A DNA stretch of 64,000 nucleotides from an uncultured Gammaproteobacteria bacterium (GCA_964599625.1 CAZRGC010000001.1:51019-115018), one strand, 5' to 3'. Positions 38,548 through 49,439 are shown, counted from the stretch's first letter. Notes: a model not told the origin generated them from the sequence alone. Program-made: numbers and translations.

Positions 38548-39140
38548 TGTCACCACACTACATATTTTTTGATTGGCATAAAACTTTATCCGAAGATATT
38601 TTTTGGCCCGAGGATAACGACATTGCAGACGTTTTGTTTAAAAGCAAAGGGGATTTGGTAAATAGGTGGATGAAGGGTGAGAAAAAATCTGAAGATATAT
38701 CGAAAATTGTTCAGGACAAAATCGGAAAAGATCAAAAATATGTTTTAGAAAAACTTGAAAAAGGCTGCAGAGAAATGTCGTTTGCAATACCGGATATAGC
38801 AGTCCACATATCAAAAATCAGACAACTTGGGATAGGTGTGGGTATTGCGACAGATAATATGGATACTTTTTTGAGATTTACAGCCCCTGAGTTGAAACTT
38901 AATGGTGTTTTTGACGAGATATTGGTTTCTTCCGAAACAGGTTTTTTGAAAAGTGAAGTTGAGGGGGGAAATATTAAGTTTTTTGAGAAATTTATATCGG
39001 ACAAGAAAATAAAATACCAGGACATTGTTTTAATAGACGACTCGCAAAAAATCTCGGAAATATACAAACCTTTTGGTTTAGAGGTAATAACTGTGAATAA
39101 CACAAAAGATATTCCGAAGATAATCTCGGATTTTATATAA
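38547..39140 (+). CDS. hypothetical protein, possibly a degenerate HAD-like hydrolase
   Basis: N-terminal IFFDWHKTL resembles HAD motif I, but the second Asp is replaced. VLIDDSQ resembles motif IV. Weak. Confidence 0.3.
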   Translation: MSPHYIFFDWHKTLSEDIFWPEDNDIADVLFKSKGDLVNRWMKGEKKSEDISKIVQDKIGKDQKYVLEKLEKGCREMSFAIPDIAVHISKIRQLGIGVGIATDNMDTFLRFTAPELKLNGVFDEILVSSETGFLKSEVEGGNIKFFEKFISDKKIKYQDIVLIDDSQKISEIYKPFGLEVITVNNTKDIPKIISDFI

Positions 39141-39150
39141 TTACGAATAA

Positions 39151-40602
39151 ATGCTAAGAAAAATTAAGAAAGAATGGATAATTGTTTTGTTGATTGTCTT
39201 TTTTTCGTTTGCACTTCGGATATACAAAATAAACACAGATCTTTTGTTCCATAGGGACCAGGGTATGGTGGCAATGGATATTTACAAGATTTGGCATGAC
39301 AAAAAGATATCGTTAATTGGTGCCCCCACTGATGTTGACGGTTTGTATCATTCACCTGTTTATTACTGGATACTCACACCTTTGTACTGGCTTGGAAACG
39401 GAAATATTATCTACCCGGCTGTTTTTCAGATATTTTTGGAAGTCATTTCCTTGCCATTTTTGTATCTTGCAGTTAAAAAACTTTTTGACAAAAAGACGGC
39501 CCTGTTAACGCTTATCATTTATTCTGTTTCGTACGGACTTATTTCTTATAGCAGATGGTTCATTACAGTACCCTTCATCTTGCCGTTGGCAAATCTACTT
39601 TTGTACTTTTTGGCCAGTGGAACTAATATTTTTGCAGTTTCGCTTTTGGTTGGAATGATTACTCAGACGAATGCTGCAGTAGGAGTCTTTTATTTGCCTT
39701 TCGTTTTTTATCACTTCCGTAAGTACTTAACTTTCCAAAATCTGTTTATTATTTTCACTGGTTTTATCATACCGGCAATACCGTTGATTATTTTCCAGTT
39801 CCGGCACGACTTCATAATACTCAAAACTGTAGCCAGTTATTCATCTGGGTCGGCAGGTTTGGGTGTGTCCCTGCAGGTCTTTTTTGGAAATTTAATTAAA
39901 TTTTTACAGGAGGCCAATCACTTGATACTTTTTCCCTTTATAGTTCCTTCGACTTTGCTTCTTTGGTATGGCCTTTGGAAGGCGGGCAAGAGCAAAAAAT
40001 TATTATTATCATATTTGGCGATACCCTTCATTTTTTTGGCGTTTTACAAAAGGGGGTCAATCAGCTTTTTTTACATGGCCGCACTTCCTGCAATTCTTGC
40101 CGTTTTAGCCAACGGGATTTTGAAACTTCCAAAAACTTTAAGTTATTTTTTGGTTGGCTTTGTTGTTGTTTACAACATTGTTCTACTCAAAAACGTATAC
40201 GAACCGAATAACGCGCTTATTCCCATTGGAGACCGCAACATAATTACAATTTCCGACAGAAAGAAAATTCTGGATTGGATGTACACCAAAGCGGATGGAA
40301 AAAAGTTTTCAACCTGGATTTACACAATCCCGTATTTTCAGGACTACCCCTGGGATTATCTGTTAACGACTTATGCACTGCCAAAATACGGTTATCTACC
40401 CGAAAAAACCGGGTCATTTTCTCCGGGAGATCTAAAAAATTCGGAAATATTTTTTGATGTCTACGAAGTAGACCATGACAATCCATCAAGGCAAAGTGTT
40501 TGGTTTTACGATATCAACAAAAGTTTTGGAAACACTTTGGATTATTTTGGATCTCACGATATCCATGTGGAATTGAGATCTTGGGATCCTAAAAAACAGT
40601 GA
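39151..40602 (+). CDS. polytopic membrane protein, GT-C (ArnT/PMT-like) glycosyltransferase candidate
   Basis: Many TM helices. N-terminal RIYKINTDLLFHRDQG loop, typical of GT39/GT83-type enzymes. Confidence 0.45.
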   Translation: MLRKIKKEWIIVLLIVFFSFALRIYKINTDLLFHRDQGMVAMDIYKIWHDKKISLIGAPTDVDGLYHSPVYYWILTPLYWLGNGNIIYPAVFQIFLEVISLPFLYLAVKKLFDKKTALLTLIIYSVSYGLISYSRWFITVPFILPLANLLLYFLASGTNIFAVSLLVGMITQTNAAVGVFYLPFVFYHFRKYLTFQNLFIIFTGFIIPAIPLIIFQFRHDFIILKTVASYSSGSAGLGVSLQVFFGNLIKFLQEANHLILFPFIVPSTLLLWYGLWKAGKSKKLLLSYLAIPFIFLAFYKRGSISFFYMAALPAILAVLANGILKLPKTLSYFLVGFVVVYNIVLLKNVYEPNNALIPIGDRNIITISDRKKILDWMYTKADGKKFSTWIYTIPYFQDYPWDYLLTTYALPKYGYLPEKTGSFSPGDLKNSEIFFDVYEVDHDNPSRQSVWFYDINKSFGNTLDYFGSHDIHVELRSWDPKKQ

Positions 40603-41452
40603 ACAATATACCGATAATTACAATTACCACCCCAATTATTTTTTTGTCTATCTTTTCTTTCTCTTTCAAAATAAAAATTCCATAAAACACGGAAAAAACA
40701 GTCATTGCCTGATAAAGCCCGACAACTTTGCTGGCGTCGGCAACCGCAAGCGCCCTAACCAAAAGATAAGAAGAGACGATGTTGAACATTCCTGCCAAAA
40801 GCATGTGGGGAAGTCTTTTTGCTGCGACCAATGTAATTTGTTTTGCCGGATTTTTCATCAAAAAGGGTAAGCCAAGAAGGGGAATAATTCCTTGCGACAT
40901 AACTACAAATTCACTGGATGCAAGCCCGCTTACTTTTTTGAGAACAGTGCTCAGAAGCGCACTTGAAAAAGAAAAAAGCAATGCAGTTTTTATGCCGCTA
41001 TCTCTTTTGATTTCTTTGGGCGAAGACACAACCGAAATTCCTGCAAATATGGCGACAATTCCCGCGTACTCCGTAATGGTTAAACGTTCGCCAACCAACA
41101 GAAACGCCAATAGCGGGGACCAAACAACCCTTAGACGGGAAATTATTGATGAAATGGAAAGATCTGTCAGTGCATGCATTTTCATGAATACATAAACAGA
41201 AAAGAGTTCGGTTAAGCCAACCAGTGAAAAAGTTATTATGTTTGGAAAACTAAGATGCGGAAACGGTTTGGATAAAACTACAAAAAAGAAGAAACCGGAT
41301 CTTATAAATTCAAACCACCAAGCATACGCTGTATAGTCGCCTTTGTCTTTGAGTGCTGTGCGGTTTGTAATGTTGAAACCGTTTGAAGCAAGTCCTGCAA
41401 CTACCGCCAAAATAAGCCAATTCATATTAGTCGGACCCCATGTTGGCGGCAT
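40589..41452 (-). CDS. EamA/DMT-family membrane transporter
   Basis: About 10 TM segments with duplicated EamA-like halves. Confidence 0.55.
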   Translation of the reverse strand: MPPTWGPTNMNWLILAVVAGLASNGFNITNRTALKDKGDYTAYAWWFEFIRSGFFFFVVLSKPFPHLSFPNIITFSLVGLTELFSVYVFMKMHALTDLSISSIISRLRVVWSPLLAFLLVGERLTITEYAGIVAIFAGISVVSSPKEIKRDSGIKTALLFSFSSALLSTVLKKVSGLASSEFVVMSQGIIPLLGLPFLMKNPAKQITLVAAKRLPHMLLAGMFNIVSSYLLVRALAVADASKVVGLYQAMTVFSVFYGIFILKEKEKIDKKIIGVVIVIIGILFTVF

Positions 41453-43643
41453 CGTATCTTTTCTCGTTCAACTTAACTTTTCTTACCTGAATCATGTCTG
41501 GGTCGTATATTTTGGTTTCGTGAACACTGTCGGGGCTTGAATAAACGGCTCTTTTTACAAGCCACTCAACTGACACGTGACCATCCGCATCCAAGTCCGC
41601 TTCGGGTGTTGGTTCTATCCCAAGTTCCACAAGCATTGAATAAGCGGCTTTGGCAATCCACCTGGCAGTTCTGTATTTGGGGTCAACGATCTGTGGAAGT
41701 TGGTTGTCTACCTCGTCGTAAAAACCGTCTTGGAGTTTACTTCTAACATACGCCAAAGTGCTTATTCCGGTATCCATTTCGTCGACGACTTCCATTCCCC
41801 AACCGACTTTTTTGGTGCGGGGCATTTCAAAGGGAACTGACTTGCCTTCGACTTGTTGTATATATTCACCGATAACATCTTTTAGAAAAACTCTTGCATC
41901 TTCGTGGACTATTTCAAAAAGAATAATTTTTTTAAGTTTTTTCATCTCCCTTTCTTCCTCGGTGTCAGATTTTAGAATTTTGATTTTTTCCAAATATTCA
42001 GAAATAAACTTGTTGGACTCAGTAATCAATTCTTCCCTTGTCATGCCGCGCTTGTCCATTTCGGCAACATCTTCCACCATCATTCTGTACGAGTGATTCC
42101 AGTCGTGGGCATAAAATTCTCTGGGTGTTTGAAGAAATTCGTCTACATAAATATCTTTAGGAGAAAGACCGACAAATCTGATTGGAACACCTCTGGTTTT
42201 AAGAAGGTCTGTGGCTGATAGCGGTTCAAAAGTCGGGATGACAATCTCTTCGGGCAGACGTCCGGTAGCAATTATTTCGTCGATCCTGTATTTGTAGCGG
42301 AAAGAGTGATAATAAGCATTTTCTACCTCCCTAGGGTCGTGACTTATTGGTTTGTCTGGTGATAATTTTTCGAAATAACCTCTTTGTTTTCTGGAGACCA
42401 TGTCAAAAAAATCCATGGATCTTCCCAATGCCAGAATTGTCGGCAAGTATGGGCAAGTGGCGCGGTTTCCAAGGGTTACAGCTCTCAAATCCATAACTAT
42501 CAAATCCCTTAGTCCTGTCAAAAGTGGTTCTTCGGCACACATCTTGTTCATTTCTTCGCTGAACATCTCGTCCATTACTCTGTTTACGGAGGGATAAAGT
42601 TCTTCTATCTCTGTATAAAGTGAGTTTCCGTTTGCCTCGAACTTTGCCCGTATCCTTTGGTAGCCCTCTACCGGATTTTTGATGATATCCCTTATCAGTT
42701 CGTGTTCTACAAGTTTGTTTTTTCTTTCGTCCGAAGTTTGGCTAGTTATAAAGGCTACAATCTCTCTGTGGTGTCCAAAAGCAAAACCACCAGTTGTAGA
42801 ATCCGGAGACATAATGTCTTCTTTTGTCCGCCACGAAAATCCGCTTGGTGGGGTGCCCACTATTTCGCACCTGAATCCTGTGGTGTCCACTATATGGCGC
42901 GGGTCTGAAGGTCTTAGGACTCTGTTTAGGTTTTCCCTGTAGTGAAATCCTCCGGAATCTGCGGGATAAATTCTTATAACAGCCGCATTGTTCTTTGAGG
43001 TGACGGTGTAACATTCTTCGTTGTTGTCATCTCTGCTTTTTCCATAGACTGGGTCTTTGGTTTGCAGTATTTTTTCTCCTGCTATTCTAAGCGCTGCAAA
43101 CACTTTTGGTTCCAGTCCCAACGGATTATCTTCGTCGGTGTCTTTTATAAAACCACCGGGGAGGGCAGAACCAAGCGGATAATAATTTCTTTCCATGCAC
43201 AAGACTTCCCTTGTTTTGCCTTCCAGGGACCCGGGTTTCATAATCACCAGGTCGACTGTTCTTGCAGGTTTGAGCAAATTATCCACGTATTCTGTAGCTG
43301 CCTCAACCAAGCCTTCGTTTTGGATTAGATTTTCTGCCAGTGCTATTGAATCGGGAACTGTGCTTCCTATGTACTCGGAAAGATGTTCTTCTATTCTTCC
43401 TCTTTCTGTTTTGTTGTCTTTGAGTCTGTCGGCCCAATAGACCATATACAAAATTGTTTGAGGTCTTATTTCACCTGAGTCAATTTTTTCCTGAGGAACA
43501 GTTTCTCTGATAAGTTTGTCTGTAATAAGTTTGTGGATTTTGTCGATCTCACTTTCGGGGTTAACTTGTGACTCCACATATCCTTGGCGTTCCATGTTTG
43601 TAATATATAATACGACTAAACATATGTCAGATGCTATCGTCAA
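41427..43643 (-). CDS. hypothetical protein (738 aa), possible Nudix-like segment
   Basis: GSALPGGFIKDTDE...AALRIAGEKI resembles a Nudix box. Otherwise unassigned. Confidence 0.4.
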   Translation of the reverse strand: MTIASDICLVVLYITNMERQGYVESQVNPESEIDKIHKLITDKLIRETVPQEKIDSGEIRPQTILYMVYWADRLKDNKTERGRIEEHLSEYIGSTVPDSIALAENLIQNEGLVEAATEYVDNLLKPARTVDLVIMKPGSLEGKTREVLCMERNYYPLGSALPGGFIKDTDEDNPLGLEPKVFAALRIAGEKILQTKDPVYGKSRDDNNEECYTVTSKNNAAVIRIYPADSGGFHYRENLNRVLRPSDPRHIVDTTGFRCEIVGTPPSGFSWRTKEDIMSPDSTTGGFAFGHHREIVAFITSQTSDERKNKLVEHELIRDIIKNPVEGYQRIRAKFEANGNSLYTEIEELYPSVNRVMDEMFSEEMNKMCAEEPLLTGLRDLIVMDLRAVTLGNRATCPYLPTILALGRSMDFFDMVSRKQRGYFEKLSPDKPISHDPREVENAYYHSFRYKYRIDEIIATGRLPEEIVIPTFEPLSATDLLKTRGVPIRFVGLSPKDIYVDEFLQTPREFYAHDWNHSYRMMVEDVAEMDKRGMTREELITESNKFISEYLEKIKILKSDTEEEREMKKLKKIILFEIVHEDARVFLKDVIGEYIQQVEGKSVPFEMPRTKKVGWGMEVVDEMDTGISTLAYVRSKLQDGFYDEVDNQLPQIVDPKYRTARWIAKAAYSMLVELGIEPTPEADLDADGHVSVEWLVKRAVYSSPDSVHETKIYDPDMIQVRKVKLNEKRYDAANMGSD

Positions 43644-44403
43644 GGACTCTGCATCAAGAAGAGTGGATCGGGATGTGGTAAGTCACCACAAAGTTTACGA
43701 GGTTTACAAAAGTCTGATCGAAAAACCCGGCAGGGGGAGATTGCCTTCTAAGGGGAAAACTTACTATCACGAAGGGCAAGTGGATACATATTCCAATACA
43801 AGTAATACTTTTACCATCGGCGAAAATAATTATCGCAAAACCTCTTTTACAGAAGAACAGGAGAAATACAACGACCTTGTGAGAGTTGCGCTAAGGGATG
43901 CGATTATCGACGAAGAAAACGGGTTTGTCGCAAAGTTTAAATTACGTTGGGACAAAGACGGGTCGCAGGCAAATTTTGAAGATATCCTCACAGAAACTTA
44001 TTTGGAGAGTATATTTAAAGCTTTTGACAACAAACCCAATTTAACCCCTGCTTTTTATGGATTTTTGGTTGCCAGTAACGCCGGAGCCGACGGACTGCAG
44101 GTGGCCTTAAACGAGTCATTGTATCCAAGAGATATAATTGGTGACAGTCTACCAGATAACTACAAAACTTTTGTTGGAGTTCATTCTGCAAAAAATGATA
44201 ACGTTATGAATTGGGAAGTGCAGTGTGGGGCCCCGGCACTGGCTATGAAAATAATAGCGGAGGGGCAAAAATGCACAAGGTATGCAGGCCTTAAAATTGA
44301 CGACCTGGACAATACAAGATTTGGTGGTCCCAGTTCTGATGTAGCCAGTAAGATTCGGACCGAACTTTCTTCAAGAATGAGAAACCTGGGTTATAAGACT
44401 TAG
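43624..44403 (+). CDS. hypothetical protein
   Basis: The ORF track gives 43516, but the ATG at 43624 avoids a 128-nt antisense overlap with the preceding gene. Confidence 0.4.
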   Translation: MSDAIVKDSASRRVDRDVVSHHKVYEVYKSLIEKPGRGRLPSKGKTYYHEGQVDTYSNTSNTFTIGENNYRKTSFTEEQEKYNDLVRVALRDAIIDEENGFVAKFKLRWDKDGSQANFEDILTETYLESIFKAFDNKPNLTPAFYGFLVASNAGADGLQVALNESLYPRDIIGDSLPDNYKTFVGVHSAKNDNVMNWEVQCGAPALAMKIIAEGQKCTRYAGLKIDDLDNTRFGGPSSDVASKIRTELSSRMRNLGYKT

Positions 44404-44471
44404 CGAAGTTGCAACACCAGCTTTTGGGGGAAAAATCACTCGCAAGTGCGGAGGGGATGTAATAATATTTA

Positions 44472-45944
44472 TTGAATATGGAAAAAGCTTCTGTTGGGCC
44501 GAAGTTTGAAAAACCCTATGTTTTGGATGGAACTTCTTATTCTGTTTCTGTTGATGGAACTTCGTTTGTAAGAGAAGTTGATGGAATAAAAACGCTGGAG
44601 GTTGTCAAAGGGCCTCATTTGGTTGGAATCGAATCAGCAGAAGCAATAAAACGCGGGGCAAACATAGTTGTAATCGAAACTCCAGGTGCCGAAATGTGGG
44701 CCAAGAAAAACTGTGAAAGATTGGAAGATGTTTTGTTTGAGGAACTGAATGGGTCGCCGCGCTACAGAATAAATTCAAATTATTTGGCCCAAGGTGGCCA
44801 TGTTCCTGAACCTGTTTACAGGAATTCATCACTCACTATGCAGCCGATACCATTCCAAAGGGAAGGGGCATATGGCATGTTTTCGGGAATAAGCGAATAT
44901 GAGATCTTTGTCGCAAAAGACAATCCGTCGCTGACCGTGTTCTTCACGGAGCATTTGCCATTGTATTCGGGAAAAGATACCAAAGCGAAACATTTGGTGT
45001 TTATTGTTCCTCCTGGTGGTGGCGGCACGATTAACGATGCAATGAGAAAGTCGGGCCTAGGGAAAACCATGAAATCCGAAGTAGTTGGTAGCCACAGGAA
45101 AGATGTTACGGGTGTGTCGGCTAAAACCTTGCAGACAACTGTTGACGGAATATCAAAAAACCTAAAGGCAGGGGAGGATGAAGTAAAACGGAAAATAGAA
45201 ACGGCCTGGCTAAAAAAGAAAGAGGAAGCTATGTTTGAGATTCCCCACCCAGATAAAAGAAAAGTTGATTTGGGATGGAAAGAAAGTTCGATAAAAGAAA
45301 AAGCCAGAATTGCAAAAAAAGTTGCGGACGAGCTGACCAAATATCCCAGTGAAAGAGTGCAGATTTTGGAGAAGGCCAAAGTTCTAGCATCCGCCGGTGA
45401 TAGGATGAGAAAATGTCCTTTTACTCCTTCTGGAGTGGGTGTCCAGACAGAAGATTTGTTGCCGGATCAAGGTATGACCACTTCTGATTTGAAAATCAAA
45501 AATGCAGCAATGGATATTTTGACAGAAGTCTGGGACAAATCCCCAGACGTTGTAAGGGGATACATAATTGCAGCCTCGGACCTTACTGCGCTTCCGCATT
45601 TGAGAAATCACTCTGAGTTAATTTGGAAAAGAGTTCGTGAGGCAAGAACTAACATGCAAGAGTATAGAAATTATCTTTTGGGTAAAGGTAAATCTATGCC
45701 GGAACATTTTGAACCGGAATTCATTGCCCAGATGGTTTATTATGCATTCCCTGAAATCACACAAAACAACTCATTCAGGTATTCAGTTTCCCAAAATGAA
45801 TTAAGAAAGGATGTTGGAGAAGAACCTGTTTTTGATAGAGATAAATTTGATTTGACACTTCTGGAACGCGCGGCAAAGCTTTACCCACGTGATGCTGCAA
45901 TTTCTGATGGCTTGGCGCAACACAAAGCCAGAATGAAAAAATGA
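44472..45944 (+). CDS. hypothetical protein (490 aa)
   Basis: Long ORF, no motif recognised. Confidence 0.45.
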   Translation: MNMEKASVGPKFEKPYVLDGTSYSVSVDGTSFVREVDGIKTLEVVKGPHLVGIESAEAIKRGANIVVIETPGAEMWAKKNCERLEDVLFEELNGSPRYRINSNYLAQGGHVPEPVYRNSSLTMQPIPFQREGAYGMFSGISEYEIFVAKDNPSLTVFFTEHLPLYSGKDTKAKHLVFIVPPGGGGTINDAMRKSGLGKTMKSEVVGSHRKDVTGVSAKTLQTTVDGISKNLKAGEDEVKRKIETAWLKKKEEAMFEIPHPDKRKVDLGWKESSIKEKARIAKKVADELTKYPSERVQILEKAKVLASAGDRMRKCPFTPSGVGVQTEDLLPDQGMTTSDLKIKNAAMDILTEVWDKSPDVVRGYIIAASDLTALPHLRNHSELIWKRVREARTNMQEYRNYLLGKGKSMPEHFEPEFIAQMVYYAFPEITQNNSFRYSVSQNELRKDVGEEPVFDRDKFDLTLLERAAKLYPRDAAISDGLAQHKARMKK

Positions 45945-45945
45945 T

Positions 45946-46518
45946 ATGACAGCCCGAACTCACAACGCTTTTGCTGTGGCATCCCTGATTACTGTTGCTG
46001 CATTTTTTCCGCCTGAGAATATTAATGTTTTGACATTAATACTGTGTCTTGTGGGTACAACTGTCGGCGCCTTGATTCCAGATATGGATACTTCAGGAAA
46101 CTATCTTTGGGGGCTTTTGCCACAAGGACAAAGATTGGGGGGTGTGTTAAGAAGGATTTTTTATAAACACAGGACAATTACACATTCTGTTATCGGATTT
46201 TTTCTTATTCATAAATTTTTAAGTTGGGTTCTTCCTATGATTTTCAATTCGGGATTCGTCCAAACCGACATCTTGTTGGCATCGATTTTGATAGGTTATG
46301 CTTCACACCTTTTGTCTGACAGTCTTACTGAGGAAGGCATACCTTTGCTGTTTCCTATAGATGTTTCGTTCGGAATTCCGCCAATAAAAAGTTGGAGAAT
46401 AAAAACAGGAAAATGGTTTGAAAACCTGGTTATTTTTCCTGCTGTGTGGGTGTATGTTGTTTGGTTTGTGAATTTAAATAAGGAAACGTATTTGAATATT
46501 TTTAGGTCTTTGGTATAA
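45946..46518 (+). CDS. membrane-bound metal-dependent-hydrolase-like protein (DUF457/YdjM-like)
   Basis: Four or five TM helices with conserved His and Asp (IPDMDT, HSVIG, HLLSD). Confidence 0.4.
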   Translation: MTARTHNAFAVASLITVAAFFPPENINVLTLILCLVGTTVGALIPDMDTSGNYLWGLLPQGQRLGGVLRRIFYKHRTITHSVIGFFLIHKFLSWVLPMIFNSGFVQTDILLASILIGYASHLLSDSLTEEGIPLLFPIDVSFGIPPIKSWRIKTGKWFENLVIFPAVWVYVVWFVNLNKETYLNIFRSLV

Positions 46519-46530
46519 AAGTCGAAGAAT

Positions 46531-47379
46531 ATGGAAAAACCGGGTTACGATTTTCAGGTTTATCACGGAACAGTCTCCCCAAAAGAACACCTTATGGACG
46601 GATTAAGCGGACACCGTGCGTACGACAATGTGGCGATAGATCCCTTTTCTTCGGTTGCCTGGTCAAGTAGAAGTGACCGTATGGCAAGACTGACTGTTTG
46701 GGATGTTGCAAAAGACGACGTCAAAATATCCAAAAGACTAAAAACTGGTGGAATAAACCGAAGATTTACAGAAGAAGAAAAAGAACGCCACTTTGAGTCG
46801 TTCAGAAGAAATATTGGACAAAACCCATCGCTCAGGAAGGACTTGCTTAGGCCAACAAAGACAGTTGACGAGACATTGGAAGATGAAAAACGCACAGAAA
46901 ACGGTTTGCCCGGAGAAAGATTGACTTATGTTGTCGATTTTACTGAAAAACAAGCTAAATATTTGAGAACCAGACCCTGGAAGATGCAAATGGATATTAT
47001 TGATTGGGCGGACAGCGAGGTTGATGGGGATACTTTCACCGATATGGAAAATGATTTTTTGGTCAACTTTCCCGAACCTGAAAAAATGGAAGTAGTTTAC
47101 GACAAAGGCAATGCTGCTGCAGACAAAAGGCAAATTTTAAAAAAACTTTTTGCTCAATCACTTTACGCAAACTGCTTGGAGTTGGTGATTGGGGATAACC
47201 TAAATTTTAGTCAGGAGATAATAGCAAACCTTGCACTGAACAAGGTTTTACGAAAACCCGAAGAGTATTACCGTGGAAGAGAGTTTTTTTACAAACTACA
47301 ACCCAGACTAATTAGAATAACCGACAGGGTTAAAGCAGAAGTTTCTGCATTTTACCCGGAATTCAAAAATCTTGACTGA
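46531..47379 (+). CDS. hypothetical protein
   Basis: 282-aa ORF. Confidence 0.45.
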   Translation: MEKPGYDFQVYHGTVSPKEHLMDGLSGHRAYDNVAIDPFSSVAWSSRSDRMARLTVWDVAKDDVKISKRLKTGGINRRFTEEEKERHFESFRRNIGQNPSLRKDLLRPTKTVDETLEDEKRTENGLPGERLTYVVDFTEKQAKYLRTRPWKMQMDIIDWADSEVDGDTFTDMENDFLVNFPEPEKMEVVYDKGNAAADKRQILKKLFAQSLYANCLELVIGDNLNFSQEIIANLALNKVLRKPEEYYRGREFFYKLQPRLIRITDRVKAEVSAFYPEFKNLD

Positions 47380-47401
47380 TCCTGATTGCATAAACAAAAA
47401 A

Positions 47402-47430
47402 GCCCCCTGATGGAAGAATTCCTAGGGGGC
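47402..47430 (-). terminator. GC-rich hairpin plus U-run terminator for the minus-strand nucleosidase gene
   Basis: GCCCCCT ... AGGGGGC stem with a 15-nt loop. The A6 run at 47395-47400 gives a U6 run on the minus-strand transcript. Overlaps the stop codon at 47422. Confidence 0.45.
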
Positions 47431-48180
47431 CTGACTGGCAAAATATAAAAGAATGAATCTCAATGCGACATTGGCGCTTGCGTCTGCGGCTTCTTGATAA
47501 TGTGATTTATCTTTTTGGCCGTCGGCGTAGTCGCTGACTGATCTAACGGCAATAAACGGCGTGTTGAACGACTTGGAAATGTTTGCTATCCAAAATGTTT
47601 CCATATCAACAACGCTTGAACCGTGATCTGAACGGATTTTGGTGACGAGTTCCTCGTCTGAAACAAATTCGGGGGATGTAATTCCGTTGTCAGGGAAACT
47701 GACAGAGCTCGGAAAACCAGTATTGGTTAACCCCTTTGCAATGTTCAAAAGCGTTTCGTCTATTTGTATCCGCTGATCTGTGCCAAGATCGTACCAAGCC
47801 GTAGGAACAACTGTATTGCCAATTTCCAGATTGGGATCAATTCCACCCGCGATACCCGAAAACACCAACAGTTCCACATTAAAATTTTCTAATGTGTAGT
47901 TTGTGGATTGGGTTGCGTTTGTGGGACCGACACCTGTTTGGAAAATGACAATTTGGTATTTGTCCAAATTGGCCAAGGTGTAGACAATGCCGTTTGATGT
48001 GCACTGAGAAATCACGTCTACTCTGCTTTCGACCGCCAATGTTTCCATCCCAAATGCAGTGGCAACAAAAACATGTTTTGTGCCCTGAAACTCCGGGTAG
48101 CAGGTGTTGCCTGTTGTGGCGGGTGAGCATGCGCTTATCAAAAGCGCCAAACTGACTATGAAAAACGTGATCTTTTTCAA
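47422..48180 (-). CDS. secreted lipoprotein of the purine nucleoside phosphorylase / MTA-SAH nucleosidase family
   Basis: Signal peptide plus lipobox LISACS. GIAGGID and SVVDMETFWIA motifs of the PNP_UDP_1 family. Confidence 0.65.
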   Translation of the reverse strand: MKKITFFIVSLALLISACSPATTGNTCYPEFQGTKHVFVATAFGMETLAVESRVDVISQCTSNGIVYTLANLDKYQIVIFQTGVGPTNATQSTNYTLENFNVELLVFSGIAGGIDPNLEIGNTVVPTAWYDLGTDQRIQIDETLLNIAKGLTNTGFPSSVSFPDNGITSPEFVSDEELVTKIRSDHGSSVVDMETFWIANISKSFNTPFIAVRSVSDYADGQKDKSHYQEAADASANVALRFILLYFASQAP

Positions 48181-48244
48181 ATCAACCTCAATGTGCTAGC
48201 TGTCGAAGTATAATGATAACACTTTTAGCCTCGAAAGTCAAGTA

Positions 48245-48334
48245 CTATAGGTTTTAACCTGAAGTTCATGAGATACATTTACTACACAAACTCGTATCTC
48301 GCAAGCTACGCTTATAGGTTTTCACTTGGAATTC
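48245..48334. repeat. two copies of a 24-bp imperfect direct repeat (19 of 24 identical) in a divergent promoter region
   Basis: ctataggttttaacctgaagttca at 48245-48268 and ttataggttttcacttggaattca at 48311-48334. Confidence 0.4.
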
Positions 48335-48399
48335 AATAAATATATTTTTAGCAAACTAAGTTTGCTTGAATCGGCCTGTAGTAGTGTTAAAATACAGCC

Positions 48400-48927
48400 A
48401 TGACAGAAAAAAACGACAAGGGGACTGGTGGTGCCAATGCAGTCGAATATAGAAGGTTTTTGGATGAAGGAAAACTTCCTGCTTCGATACTTTTTTACTT
48501 TGCAGACGACAGGGAAAAAGCGGCGATGGAGCTTGTGGAGATGGCCAAAGCACAAAAAATAAATGTTGTTACGTCCAGAGAGTTGGACTTTAGGGTTATT
48601 GCCGATGAATCTGATAGAAATTTGATTAGGGAGAAAATCGGTGAGATTTTAATTTTTCCATCTAAAGGACTTTTGGAACACGGAGACGCTGCCAAGTTCT
48701 TGTATGGAAAAAACGGCTTTTACGGAAGAGATGGTATTGCTCGGGCAATGTTTGTTTTTGCAACAAGAGAAGATGCAGAGTCTGTTGGAATATTTGCAGG
48801 AGATCCGCTAGGCTTCCAACTTTCAGGTAAGCCTATTCAAGCAGGTGAAATGGATCTTCCGGGAATAGAGGTGTTTCCAAGGTGGCTGAAAATGGTCAAA
48901 GAAAGAAACCTTAAGGTAGTTTCTTAA
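48400..48927 (+). CDS. hypothetical protein
   Basis: 175-aa ORF. Confidence 0.4.
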   Translation: MTEKNDKGTGGANAVEYRRFLDEGKLPASILFYFADDREKAAMELVEMAKAQKINVVTSRELDFRVIADESDRNLIREKIGEILIFPSKGLLEHGDAAKFLYGKNGFYGRDGIARAMFVFATREDAESVGIFAGDPLGFQLSGKPIQAGEMDLPGIEVFPRWLKMVKERNLKVVS

Positions 48928-49439
48928 GAGAGAAATCTTTCTAGTTTATTTAATGCCTCAAAAAAGTCTTCTTTGTTGTCCAAATCTAGCCTAGCTTCTG
49001 TGATGTCATTTTTTTTGAGTGTTATTCTGTCCGAACTGGGTGAAACTATAAGATAGTTCATGTGAACCTCGCGCGGTTTATCCATTCCCGCCAAAAATTT
49101 GCCAAATTGTTCTTCCTCTTGGCCGTATTTTTGCAGGTTGAAGTCGGGTAATATTACGATTGTTATACCTTTAGTTTCTGACAAGGTGAACCCTTCCCCC
49201 GAAGCCTCTTGTCCGGGCAAAAGAAAATCAAACAGGCCGTTTGCTTCTGCCACACTCAGGCCATCTTCGTGGCTGTTTAGGGCATTTGCCAATTCCTGCC
49301 CCTTTCCCATATCTTTTTCTAGACTTAGGATCAAAACTTTCTGTTTGTAAGCCTTTATTTTTTCGGCAATGACTGGGCTTTTTCGCATTGCATCTGCAAA
49401 CGCTGTCACTACCAAAGACTCTCTGGTTTCTTTTTCCAT
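48924..49439 (-). CDS. hypothetical protein
   Basis: 171-aa ORF convergent with the previous one and overlapping it by 4 nt. Confidence 0.4.
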   Translation of the reverse strand: MEKETRESLVVTAFADAMRKSPVIAEKIKAYKQKVLILSLEKDMGKGQELANALNSHEDGLSVAEANGLFDFLLPGQEASGEGFTLSETKGITIVILPDFNLQKYGQEEEQFGKFLAGMDKPREVHMNYLIVSPSSDRITLKKNDITEARLDLDNKEDFFEALNKLERFLS

